A stretch of DNA of 64,000 bases, taken from the NCBI GenBank assembly GCA_002898375.1, contig BEIN01000015.1, positions 4,414 through 68,413 of the forward strand, read 5' to 3'. Source of the DNA: a bacterium HR37 (GTDB taxonomy: Bacteria; Desulfobacterota_D; UBA1144; Nemesobacterales; CSP1-2). A model generated the notes under the pieces. It ran no database searches. It worked only from the letters and a program-made list of their open reading frames with translations, and had not been told where the DNA came from. Below, in pieces: positions 1-8,641 of this stretch; position 1 is the first letter of the stretch, and every line of letters begins with the position of its first letter. Position numbers and translations under genes: made by a program.

Positions 1-349
1 CCGTTTTCTGCCTGCCATCTGTATAGACGTATTTTACATCTATAAACAGCTTTGAACCCCTTTCGGTGGTTTCTACGGGTCTAAACAGGATTCCCTCTAT
101 GTCTACTCTTTTTCCTGCAAAGTGTATTATGTGGTGGTCAGGGGGTGGAACCTTTGCGGAAAAAAGGAGCCCAAGCGGGATAAATATTAAAGGAGCAAGC
201 TGTTTCTGAGTAAGGCACAACACACCAATTACAGGAGAGATAACGGTAATTAACAACCACTCGTTTTTACAGAATTCCGAGATCAATATGCCGGATGCAA
301 AGTTAAGCAGTAAAAAGAGGATTCTGTATTTCAGCAAAAAGGAATTCAT
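1..349 (-). CDS. Partial hypothetical membrane protein, N-terminal ~116 aa. The gene continues beyond the left edge of the window.
   Basis: Not in the ORF track. Manual translation of the minus strand from an ATG at 347-349 gives MNSFLLKYRILFLLLNFASGILISEFCKNEWLLITVISPVIGVLCLTQKQLAPLIFIPLGLLFSAKVPPPDHHIIHFAGKRVDIEGILFRPVETTERGSKLFIDVKYVYTDGRQKT, open to position 1. The ATG directly follows the ispF stop (350-352) in the same orientation. Hydrophobic N-terminal segments are present. Confidence 0.45.
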   Translation of the reverse strand, partial: MNSFLLKYRILFLLLNFASGILISEFCKNEWLLITVISPVIGVLCLTQKQLAPLIFIPLGLLFSAKVPPPDHHIIHFAGKRVDIEGILFRPVETTERGSKLFIDVKYVYTDGRQKT

Positions 350-829
350 CTATCTGCATTGTTTTAAAAGAACTACGGCATAAGCTGCTATACCCTCTTG
401 TCTTCCTGTAAAGCCCATACGGTCAGTTGTGGTTGCTTTTATACCCAGAGAGGTAGCGGGAATCTCCATAAATGAGGAGAGCTTTTCTTTTATTTCCGGT
501 ATATGCTTGGACAACTTTGGCTTCTCACAAACTATGGTGCTGTCCACGTTCTCGATTTCAAATCCCTTGGATCGTAAAATGCCTAAGACTTCTCCAAGAA
601 GGGATAGGCTTGATATACCTTTGTATCTGGGACTACTATCTGGAAAATGTGTTCCTATATCTCTTTCTCCGATTGCCCCAAGCAGAGCATCACAAATTGC
701 GTGTATAAGGACATCTGCATCTGAGTGTCCTTCCAACCCGAATTCAAAGGGGATCTCTACACCTCCAAGAACAAGTTTTCTTCCTTTTGAAAATCTATGA
801 GCATCAAAACCAAGACCTATCCTGTACAT
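350..829 (-). CDS. ispF: 2-C-methyl-D-erythritol 2,4-cyclodiphosphate synthase
   Basis: 159 aa with the IspF signature GLGFDAHRF and an HSDADV-like region. Its start overlaps the end of ispD. Confidence 0.9.
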   Translation of the reverse strand: MYRIGLGFDAHRFSKGRKLVLGGVEIPFEFGLEGHSDADVLIHAICDALLGAIGERDIGTHFPDSSPRYKGISSLSLLGEVLGILRSKGFEIENVDSTIVCEKPKLSKHIPEIKEKLSSFMEIPATSLGIKATTTDRMGFTGRQEGIAAYAVVLLKQCR

Positions 830-1539
830 TGGAGGGAATCCTCTATACCTCCTTTAACAAATAACTCTGCTGTGATAAGGTCTTCTTTTGTTGTTATTTT
901 TATGTTTGCCCAGTGGCCCTCTGTTATTTTTACACGAAACCCACACCTTTCAACAAGCGAAGATTCATCTGTACCGATAAAACCGTCTTCTTTTGCTTTC
1001 TCTATTGCCTTCTTTAGAATCTCATACCTGAAGGCTTGGGGGGTTTGAGCAAGCCAGAGCTCTTCTCTGGGAAGGGTTTTATCTACGTATGTGCTGTTGT
1101 ATGCTTTCTTTACGGTGTCTTTAATCCTCACTGCACAGATTGCACCTCCGTAGGTGGATGCTTCTTTTATTACCTTATTGATTATCTCAACCTGTATAAA
1201 AGGGCGTACCCCATCGTGGACGACCACTATATCAAAGCGATCTGACAGGGAGTTAAGGCCGATTTCTACCGAATGCTGCCTTTCCTCTCCTCCCGGGACT
1301 ATCTTTTTAACCTTGTTAAACTGAAATCTCTCCACTATCTCATAACAGCAGTAAGACAGCTTGTCTTCAGGAACCACAAGGACAATCTCATGTACAAAGG
1401 GGGATTTTTGAAACTTCTCGATTGAGTACGCAACAAGTGGTTTTCCACAGAGCGGGATAAACTGTTTTTTTGTTTCCGTTCCAAACCTCTTTCCTTTCCC
1501 CGCTGCGGCTATTATTGCACCAGTCCTTAACTCATCCAT
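817..1539 (-). CDS. ispD: 2-C-methyl-D-erythritol 4-phosphate cytidylyltransferase
   Basis: 240 aa with the N-terminal AIIAAAGKGKRFG nucleotide-binding motif typical of IspD. Separate from ispF, not fused. Confidence 0.9.
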   Translation of the reverse strand: MDELRTGAIIAAAGKGKRFGTETKKQFIPLCGKPLVAYSIEKFQKSPFVHEIVLVVPEDKLSYCCYEIVERFQFNKVKKIVPGGEERQHSVEIGLNSLSDRFDIVVVHDGVRPFIQVEIINKVIKEASTYGGAICAVRIKDTVKKAYNSTYVDKTLPREELWLAQTPQAFRYEILKKAIEKAKEDGFIGTDESSLVERCGFRVKITEGHWANIKITTKEDLITAELFVKGGIEDSLQCTG

Positions 1540-2533
1540 TTAGGTCAGAAACCATACCCTCTTCCTTGACCCTTGAAAAGATCATCCTTCCCGTAGGGGT
1601 TTGAAGTACACTTGTTACAGAAACCTCAATCTCTTTGCCTAGGTACTTCTTTGCATCATCTACAACAACCATGGTTCCATCTTCGAGATAGCCTACTCCT
1701 TGGTTCTCTTCTTTCCCCTCTCTTACCACCCTGATGCTCATAGTTTCTCCTGGTAGTACAACAGGCTTTAGGGCATTGGAGAGTTGATTTAGATTGAGCA
1801 CCTTTACTCCATGGAGATTTGCAACCTTATTGAGGTTAAAATCATTCGTTATTATCGTGCCTCTGAGTTTCTTTGCAAGCTCAACGAGTTTTAGATCCGT
1901 TTCTTTTATCTTGGGAAAATCATGGCTGGTTATCTTAACCACTACATTTGGAAGTTCCTGCATGCGTTTAAGGACATCAAGTCCCCTTCTACCTCTTACC
2001 CTTTTTATCAATTCAGGAGAGTCAGCAATGTACTGAAGCTCCTTAATGATAAACTTGGGAACTATAAGGGTACCCTCTATAAAACCTGCTTCAACGACAT
2101 CTGCAATTCTGCCATCTATAATAACGCTTGTATCAAGTATTTTGACGTTCTCATAACTGCTTTTTCCAAAACCTTTTCTTCCCTGTTCAAATTCAAGCCC
2201 CTTCTTTATACCCAGTGTCGCTCCGAGATAGAACAGCGAAAGAAAGCTTATGATATTGAGAAAGGGAGCTAAGTTATACGGAATGGAAAGGGTCTCAATT
2301 ATACTCTTTAGGGCAAAAAAGGTTATCGAGGCTATACCTACCCCTATAGCTCCACCAAGAGCCGATTTGGGAGGAAATTCTTCAAACCTGTTTTCCAGGC
2401 CCCATGAGATTCCAAAAGCTATAACACCACATATGCCTCCAATTAGGAAAGCAACTGGTAGATTATAAATTGGATATGCAATGAAAAAGCTAAGAGCTAT
2501 CGAAAATATAAGAAAAAGGATTTTTCCTATCAT
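1532..2533 (-). CDS. Membrane-anchored PIN/TRAM domain protein (YacL-like)
   Basis: N-terminal transmembrane helices, then a PIN-like segment (VKILDTSVIIDGRIADVV) and a C-terminal TRAM-like beta segment. Sits upstream of ispD-ispF, as yacL does in Bacillus. Confidence 0.7.
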   Translation of the reverse strand: MIGKILFLIFSIALSFFIAYPIYNLPVAFLIGGICGVIAFGISWGLENRFEEFPPKSALGGAIGVGIASITFFALKSIIETLSIPYNLAPFLNIISFLSLFYLGATLGIKKGLEFEQGRKGFGKSSYENVKILDTSVIIDGRIADVVEAGFIEGTLIVPKFIIKELQYIADSPELIKRVRGRRGLDVLKRMQELPNVVVKITSHDFPKIKETDLKLVELAKKLRGTIITNDFNLNKVANLHGVKVLNLNQLSNALKPVVLPGETMSIRVVREGKEENQGVGYLEDGTMVVVDDAKKYLGKEIEVSVTSVLQTPTGRMIFSRVKEEGMVSDLNG

Positions 2534-2594
2534 TCTTCCTCACCCCTTAATTTACTGCTACCCCTTTAAGTAAATATAAGGCAAAATAAAGTTT

Positions 2595-3170
2595 TCACAA
2601 GGCCTTGTTCTTAACCGTTGTTTTGTCGCTGAAACCCTGATCCACCTTCTCTATAAGTTTTGTGATCTCATCAACTATCCTTATATACCTACTTCTGCCG
2701 TAGCCTGGTGATTTTGCCCTTCCCTCTATGCTTGCATCTGCTAGGATCTCGTTTGTTTTCTTATCTACCAACATAACCCTTACCGATACGGAGCTTTTTC
2801 CCTTGTCATTAATCCTTATAAACCATTCGCAGAATTTGCAACCTCTGTTGTAACCTGTTACCTCTCCTTTAACTAAAAGAACGCCTTCTCTTTTGTCTGT
2901 ATATCCCCGAATTATTTCTTTAAAGTGGTTTGTGGTTTTTAGCTTTTCAGCAACCATATCCGGGATTTCCCAGGCCGAGTCGTATGGTACCCATTCTTTG
3001 GTTGTTCTGCTGAAGTTGGGTATCTCTAGGATTTTATAGTCTGCTATCCTGCTGTCTTTTTCGGGTTTTTTATAAAAGAAAACCCTCTTAGGACTGCATC
3101 CTGGCAAGGAGATCAACGCTAGGAGCAAGAGAGACTTTAAGCAGGTAAACAGGTAAATTTTTGTCTTCAT
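2595..3170 (-). CDS. Putative lipoprotein
   Basis: Signal peptide followed by an LPGC lipobox-like cysteine. No recognisable catalytic motif. Confidence 0.4.
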   Translation of the reverse strand: MKTKIYLFTCLKSLLLLALISLPGCSPKRVFFYKKPEKDSRIADYKILEIPNFSRTTKEWVPYDSAWEIPDMVAEKLKTTNHFKEIIRGYTDKREGVLLVKGEVTGYNRGCKFCEWFIRINDKGKSSVSVRVMLVDKKTNEILADASIEGRAKSPGYGRSRYIRIVDEITKLIEKVDQGFSDKTTVKNKAL

Positions 3171-3240
3171 CTAAGCATCTCCTTAAAAATGGTTCTTATA
3201 AAGTAATATATCCTAATAAGAGAAAAACTCGACCCTACTG

Positions 3241-3269
3241 TTGACAATGTTGCTATATTAGACTAATAC
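3241..3269 (+). promoter_or_regulatory. Candidate sigma-70 promoter (TTGACA, 17 nt spacer, TAATAC) upstream of the MBL hydrolase gene
   Basis: TTGACA at 3241-3246, a 17-nt spacer, then TAATAC at 3264-3269, about 33 nt upstream of the start at 3303. Lies in a divergent intergenic region. Confidence 0.35.
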
Positions 3270-3302
3270 TAATCTCGACTTTATTAGAGTGAGAACCGAG
3301 GT

Positions 3303-4058
3303 ATGAGACTCTGTTCCCTTGCAAGTGGAAGCTCAGGAAACTCATTCTTTGTTGATACGGGAAGAACTAGGATCCTTGTAGATGCAGGTATAACCCTTAG
3401 GCAACTTAATCTGCGTCTAAGAGGGCTGGGTATTAGTATATCAGAGATAGATGCTGTTGTTGTGTCTCATGAGCACACGGACCACACTGCTGCTATTCCT
3501 TATTTGGAAATCCCCGTTTATGTTTCATCTTTAACGATTGATATGTGGAAAAATAGTGTAAGCAATCTTAAGGTATTTGAATCGGGTGTTCCTTTTTATA
3601 TAAAAGACCTACTTGTTTTGCCTTTTTCTGTTCCCCATGATGCTCTTGACCCTGTAGGTTTTTCACTCCAGACAGACACTAATAAAAAAGTGGGAATCGT
3701 AACTGATATAGGCTCTGTGACCAATCTTGTAAGAGAGAGGCTAAAGGACTCAAATGTTTTGGTTCTTGAATTCAACTACGATGAGAGCCTGATTTTATAC
3801 AGCCACTATCCCTGGGAGCTTAAACAGCGGATAAGGAGCCGGCTTGGGCATCTATCTAACGGGGAGGCAGGTAATTTGCTAAAAAGTCTGGTACATAGCG
3901 GGCTTTATCACGTTGTGCTTGCCCATTTAAGTGAGGTAAACAACAAACCTGAACTCGCTTTAAATACTGCGTATTCTGCCCTTTTTGATAAAGGGGCAAA
4001 AGATATAAGACTATCAGTTGCTCCTAGAAAAAGATTAGGGGAGGTTATAGAGATTTGA
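3303..4058 (+). CDS. MBL-fold metallo-hydrolase (YycJ-like)
   Basis: HxHxDH motif (VVVSHEHTDH) near the N-terminus. Length and layout are typical of the metallo-beta-lactamase superfamily. Confidence 0.75.
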   Translation: MRLCSLASGSSGNSFFVDTGRTRILVDAGITLRQLNLRLRGLGISISEIDAVVVSHEHTDHTAAIPYLEIPVYVSSLTIDMWKNSVSNLKVFESGVPFYIKDLLVLPFSVPHDALDPVGFSLQTDTNKKVGIVTDIGSVTNLVRERLKDSNVLVLEFNYDESLILYSHYPWELKQRIRSRLGHLSNGEAGNLLKSLVHSGLYHVVLAHLSEVNNKPELALNTAYSALFDKGAKDIRLSVAPRKRLGEVIEI

Positions 4059-5356
4059 TCCCAAGGTACTCCCGTGAAGAGATGGCAAAGATATGGAGTG
4101 ATGAGTCAAAGTATAACAACTGGCTACGGGTAGAGATTGCAGCATGCGAAGCCTGGGCTCACATTGGACGGGTGCCTAAAGAGGCTTTAGAAGCGATAAA
4201 GAAAAAGGCAAGGTTTGATGTTAATCGTATAAATGAGCTAGAAAGGGTGTTAAAGCATGATGTTATAGCTTTCCTTACATGTGTTTCCGAGTATGTCGGG
4301 GAGGAATCAAGATATATCCATCTTGGGCTTACGTCTTCTGATGTTCTTGATACCGCATTTGCCCTTCAACTAAAAGAGGCTTCAGAGGTAATTATTGATG
4401 ATATAAAGGAAGTGATGAAGGTCTTAAAGGAGCTCTCTTTCAAGCACAAGTACACACCCATGGTGGGAAGAACCCATGGGGTTCATGCAGAGCCCATAAC
4501 CCTTGGGCTTGTCTTTGCTCTCTGGTATGATGATATGAATAGGAATCTAAAGAGGGTAGAGAGGGCAAAGGAATCTGTAAGTGTTGGAAAGGTCTCTGGG
4601 GCTGTGGGTACTTTTGCAAATACTGATCCTTTTGTAGAAGAGTATGTATGCAAAAGTTTGGGACTTAAACCAGCAAGAATCTCCTCTCAGATTATACAGC
4701 GCGACATTCATGCGGAGTACTTTGCTACACTTGCTATCGTGGCTTCTACCATAGAAAAGATAGCACTTCAGGTTAGACATCTTCAGAGAACAGAGGTTTT
4801 AGAACTTGAAGAGCCCTTTACCGAGGGACAGAAAGGTTCCTCTGCAATGCCTCATAAGCGAAACCCTATAATCTCGGAGAATCTCTGTGGGCTTTCCCGT
4901 CTTGTTCGTTCTTATGCTATATCTGCTATGGAGAATATTCCTCTTTGGCATGAACGCGATATAAGTCACTCCTCTGTTGAGAGGGTTATAGGGCCTGATG
5001 CTACTATACTGGTTGATTTCATGCTGAACAGACTTAAAAATCTTTTGCAGTCTCTTAGGGTTTATCCAGAAAATCTTGAGAAAAACCTCTGGCTTACCCG
5101 TGGGCTTATCTTTTCAGAAAAGGTGTTACTTAAACTCATAGATAAGGGTCTTTCAAGAGAGGATGCATATGAGATTGTTCAGAGAAATGCTATGAAAAGC
5201 TGGGAAGAGAAGGTGGATTTTAAAGCCGCTCTCCTTGATGACAAACAGCTGATGGGTTTCCTATCTCGGGAAGAGATAGAAGGTTGCTTTGATATAAAGC
5301 ATGACCTAAGAAACATAGACTACATATTTGACAGGGTATTCTCTGAGGAAAGGTAG
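4055..5356 (+). CDS. purB: Adenylosuccinate lyase
   Basis: 433 aa with the fumarate-lyase signature GSSAMPHKRNP and a PurB-like N-terminus (RYSREEMAKIWSDESKY). Confidence 0.9.
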   Translation: MIPRYSREEMAKIWSDESKYNNWLRVEIAACEAWAHIGRVPKEALEAIKKKARFDVNRINELERVLKHDVIAFLTCVSEYVGEESRYIHLGLTSSDVLDTAFALQLKEASEVIIDDIKEVMKVLKELSFKHKYTPMVGRTHGVHAEPITLGLVFALWYDDMNRNLKRVERAKESVSVGKVSGAVGTFANTDPFVEEYVCKSLGLKPARISSQIIQRDIHAEYFATLAIVASTIEKIALQVRHLQRTEVLELEEPFTEGQKGSSAMPHKRNPIISENLCGLSRLVRSYAISAMENIPLWHERDISHSSVERVIGPDATILVDFMLNRLKNLLQSLRVYPENLEKNLWLTRGLIFSEKVLLKLIDKGLSREDAYEIVQRNAMKSWEEKVDFKAALLDDKQLMGFLSREEIEGCFDIKHDLRNIDYIFDRVFSEER

Positions 5357-5438
5357 TGATTTCAGAGATTTCTCATTTTTGTTGCTTTCTAATTAATCAG
5401 TGGTATATTTTACGGAAATGTTTGTACGGAGGCAAATA

Positions 5439-6437
5439 ATGAAATCAAGGTATTTATTGGGGTTCTTTGTGCTTCTTTTTTCTTTTCTCGTTTCCATGGA
5501 GACGCTTGTTCTTGCTGACAATAACATATCGGCTGAGGAGGCAAAAAGACTTAAGGTTTTTCTTAAGAGAAGGTTGGGAACAAATCTACCTCAGGATGCC
5601 AAAATAGAGGTAAAGGGCTATGAGAAAAGCCCTATTGCAGGGTTTAAAAAGGGTACTTTTGTTGTTGAGTCCTCAAGGGGATCAGGAGAGGCAAGCTTTC
5701 TTATAAGTCAGGATGGAAGATACATTATATTTGGAGAACCTGTTAATACGCAGGAATTTGAAAACACCGGTGTGGCCGGAATGAAAAAGGGAGAGATTTC
5801 TCTTGGGCGCCAATCGGTTCCAATTCTTATAAGCTCGGATGGGAAGTTTTTGATTCTGGGTGAGTTGATAGACTCTACCGTTAACCCACTTGAAGAGACA
5901 ATGAGCAAGATATCTCTTAACGATGTTCCAGTTAAGGGAGATAAAAATGCAAAGGTTACTATAGTTGAGTATTCAGATTTTCAGTGTCCTTTCTGCAAGC
6001 GTGCAACAGATATGCTTCCACAGATAATGGAGCAATATAAGGGAAAGGTAAAGCTGGTTTATAAACAGTTTCCACTTCCCAGTCATCCGTGGGCAAAGGA
6101 TGCTGCAGTTGCTTCGGTGTGTGCGTATAAGCAGGGAAACGAGAAATTCTGGAAGTTTCATGATCTTGTATTTGAGAAACAGAAAGAGATTACAGTTGAG
6201 AACTCTAAGGATAAATTTAGAGCTTTTGCTCAACAAATAGGGCTTGATACGAAAAAGTTTGAGCAGTGTGTTAACTCTAAAGAAGCATCAGAGAGGGTTG
6301 AGGGTGAGATTAGAGAAGGTATGTCTGTGGGTGTGAACTCTACCCCCACGTTTATAGTAAATGGAATGACGGTAAGAGGAGCAACACCTGAGGGATTAAA
6401 AGCTGCAATTGAGGCAAGCCTGTCAGGAAACATATAG
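5439..6437 (+). CDS. Secreted DsbA-like thiol:disulfide oxidoreductase
   Basis: Signal peptide from MKSRYLL (ATG 5439, GGAGG 8 nt upstream). C-terminal thioredoxin fold with an FQCPFC active site. The track ORF starts earlier, at 5400. Confidence 0.7.
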   Translation: MKSRYLLGFFVLLFSFLVSMETLVLADNNISAEEAKRLKVFLKRRLGTNLPQDAKIEVKGYEKSPIAGFKKGTFVVESSRGSGEASFLISQDGRYIIFGEPVNTQEFENTGVAGMKKGEISLGRQSVPILISSDGKFLILGELIDSTVNPLEETMSKISLNDVPVKGDKNAKVTIVEYSDFQCPFCKRATDMLPQIMEQYKGKVKLVYKQFPLPSHPWAKDAAVASVCAYKQGNEKFWKFHDLVFEKQKEITVENSKDKFRAFAQQIGLDTKKFEQCVNSKEASERVEGEIREGMSVGVNSTPTFIVNGMTVRGATPEGLKAAIEASLSGNI

Positions 6438-6474
6438 GTTTTAAAAATTAAAGAAATAGAGATATAAGAGGTTT

Positions 6475-6538
6475 GCAGGAACAAGGTGTGGGAGTCCTAA
6501 GATTCCCTTCCTGTTCCTGTTTTATTCTTCTTTTATTG
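6475..6538 (+). terminator. Rho-independent terminator candidate downstream of the DsbA-like gene
   Basis: Imperfect long hairpin: CAGGAACA at 6477-6484 pairs with TGTTCCTG at 6512-6519, with an inner GGGAGTC/GATTCCC pairing. Followed by the T-rich run TTTTATTCTTCTTTTATT. Confidence 0.45.
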
Positions 6539-6547
6539 TAATTTGGC

Positions 6548-7282
6548 ATGGTTTATAATTCTAGAGTTATGAAGTGTCCAAATTGTGGGTTTCATACTTT
6601 TGACCACATTGATAAGTGTAAAAGATGTGGAAATCCTTTAGAACCAAAGCCATTTTATAGAAGCACTTACAACATTACTATCGAGGATGGGGGAGAAGAA
6701 GAGCAGAAAGAGTTTTTTGGCTCTAACGAGGAGGGCTCTTTTGATTTGTTTTCCGATAGGGGTGATCTTGACACCTCAACCTCCAAGATAAAATCCCCGC
6801 ATGTAGCGGGTGAGATCGAAAATGATGACCTGGTGGAATTAGAGGAAAAAGAGTTATTTCTTCTTGACCTTGCAGAGCCATTTACCAGGGCGATTGCGTT
6901 TTTTTTAGATATTGTTATTGTATCCTTAGTAACTGCTATTACTCTCGGGATCGGGCTTTATATAGCTGGGCTGGATCTGTTTTCCGCAACTAGATTCTTA
7001 AATATGATAGGTTCGGTTTATTTCTTGATGTTTATATTTGCCTCAACCTACTTTGTTTTTCTCCATGGCTACGGAGGAAAGACAATTGGAAAGATGATTA
7101 TGGGGATTCGAACGATTAAGGATAATGGTGAGCCTACAGATATAAACAGCTCATTTATCAGGTGGGTGGGGTACTTTATCTCTACAGTTTTTTTGTTTGC
7201 CGGGTTCTTATGGGCTATTTTTGATCCGATGTATCAGACCTGGCATGATAAACTTGCGGGCACGTATGTTGTAAAAGAGTGA
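6548..7282 (+). CDS. Zinc-ribbon / RDD family membrane protein
   Basis: N-terminal CPNCG...CKRCG zinc ribbon and an acidic linker. The C-terminal multi-TM RDD-like domain ends in WHDKLAGTYVV. The start could be the ATG at 6569. Confidence 0.6.
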   Translation: MVYNSRVMKCPNCGFHTFDHIDKCKRCGNPLEPKPFYRSTYNITIEDGGEEEQKEFFGSNEEGSFDLFSDRGDLDTSTSKIKSPHVAGEIENDDLVELEEKELFLLDLAEPFTRAIAFFLDIVIVSLVTAITLGIGLYIAGLDLFSATRFLNMIGSVYFLMFIFASTYFVFLHGYGGKTIGKMIMGIRTIKDNGEPTDINSSFIRWVGYFISTVFLFAGFLWAIFDPMYQTWHDKLAGTYVVKE

Positions 7283-8541
7283 TGGAATTACTAGAGGAGA
7301 TCCATCAAAGGATTATAGAAAGATCTCAGGAAGTGGAAAGTTGGATAGAGAAACACTCCAGAAGGGTAAGGGTTCCTCTTTATACCTCGGTTGATTTACG
7401 GGCTTCCAGCTATAAGATTGCTCCGGTTGATACCAATGTTTTTCCTGCTGGTTTTAACAATCTTTGCCCTGTATTTAGAGAGCGTACAGCAGCTCTTTTT
7501 AAAGACTACCTTAATAGAAATTACCCTTACGTGCAAAATATACTTATAGTTCCTGAACTCCTTACAAGAAATCTTTACTATTGGGAAAACATATTCGTTC
7601 TAAAAACAATTCTTGAAAGCGTGGGTTTTAAAGTTGAGATAGGATTGGTAAGTGATGAGATCCGCGATGATGTGATAAAGTTTAGAACAGCAGGTGGAAA
7701 AGAGTTAATATGTTATAAGATTAGAAGAAAAGAAGATCAGGTCTTTATTTCGCATTTTGTTCCCGATTTGCTTTTGATAAATAATGATTTTTCCTTAAAG
7801 TGTCCGGAGATTTTAAAAAATATCAGACAACCTGTGGACCCTCCGGTGGAAATAGGGTGGCACTCTAGAAGAAAGAACGTTCACTTTGAGTTTTATAATG
7901 ATCTTGCTGTCGAACTTGCAAAGATACTGGAAATCGATCCTTGGATTATAACCGTAGAGACCGTTCTGGAAAGGGATATAGACTTTGATAGTGAGGAAGA
8001 CAGAAACAGACTGGCAGATAAGGTGGATCTGATGATTGATATGCTGGAAAATGAGTATAAAAAGAGAAAGGTAGAGCACAAGCCTTTTGTTTTTGTAAAA
8101 AGCAATTCCGGCACCTACGGAATGGCTGTAATAAGTGTGTCAAGTGGGGAAGAGATAAGAAGACTAAATGCCGAAGGAAGAAAGAGAATGAGGGTTACCA
8201 AGAGTGGAAAACCAGTAAGGGACGTGGTAATTCAGGAGGGAATTCCAACATCCATTAAGGATACCTATAACAACGTGGTTGGTGAGCCAGTTGTATACCT
8301 TGTCGAGGCCAAGGTGGCTGGTGGCTTTTTAAGGTTAAACAGGGAAAAAACCGAGTTTGACAATCTAAATACAAGAGGAATGGAGTTTGTATGTATTTCC
8401 TTTGGACGTGAGGGGGCATGTGAGAGAAGAGAGTGCGAGGGGTTTTTCCCGGCTGCATATCAGGTGGTTTCCCGTGTGGCTAGTATAGCTGCTGGTTATG
8501 AGATTGAGAAGGTTATTAAAGAGGGGACATGCAGGGATTAA
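7279..8541 (+). CDS. Hypothetical protein with an ATP-grasp-like C-terminal region (GshB/RimK-like)
   Basis: Start overlaps the upstream stop (GTGATGG). The C-terminal segments KPFVFVKSNSGTYG and VVIQEGIP...VGEPVVYLVE...GGFLRLN follow the pattern of the ATP-grasp nucleotide-binding region. The N-terminal half is unrecognised. Confidence 0.35.
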   Translation: MMELLEEIHQRIIERSQEVESWIEKHSRRVRVPLYTSVDLRASSYKIAPVDTNVFPAGFNNLCPVFRERTAALFKDYLNRNYPYVQNILIVPELLTRNLYYWENIFVLKTILESVGFKVEIGLVSDEIRDDVIKFRTAGGKELICYKIRRKEDQVFISHFVPDLLLINNDFSLKCPEILKNIRQPVDPPVEIGWHSRRKNVHFEFYNDLAVELAKILEIDPWIITVETVLERDIDFDSEEDRNRLADKVDLMIDMLENEYKKRKVEHKPFVFVKSNSGTYGMAVISVSSGEEIRRLNAEGRKRMRVTKSGKPVRDVVIQEGIPTSIKDTYNNVVGEPVVYLVEAKVAGGFLRLNREKTEFDNLNTRGMEFVCISFGREGACERRECEGFFPAAYQVVSRVASIAAGYEIEKVIKEGTCRD

Positions 8542-8568
8542 TCTTAAGCCCTCATTATACACTAGGGT

Positions 8569-8597
8569 TTGACAGCCTCGTTTTTTCATGTTAAAAA
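8569..8597 (+). promoter_or_regulatory. Weak sigma-70 promoter candidate upstream of the antiporter/atp block
   Basis: TTGACA at 8569-8574, a 17-nt spacer, then TAAAAA. The -10 element is poor. Confidence 0.25.
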
Positions 8598-8641
8598 ATT
8601 ACAATTTCAAAACTTCCTACCCAAGGAAATATAAGCCATAG

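Noticed and set aside
7850-7875. TGGCAC hexamer that could be a sigma-54 -24 element
   Set aside because: It lies inside the coding sequence, and no TTGC-type -12 element follows at the correct 4-5 nt spacing.
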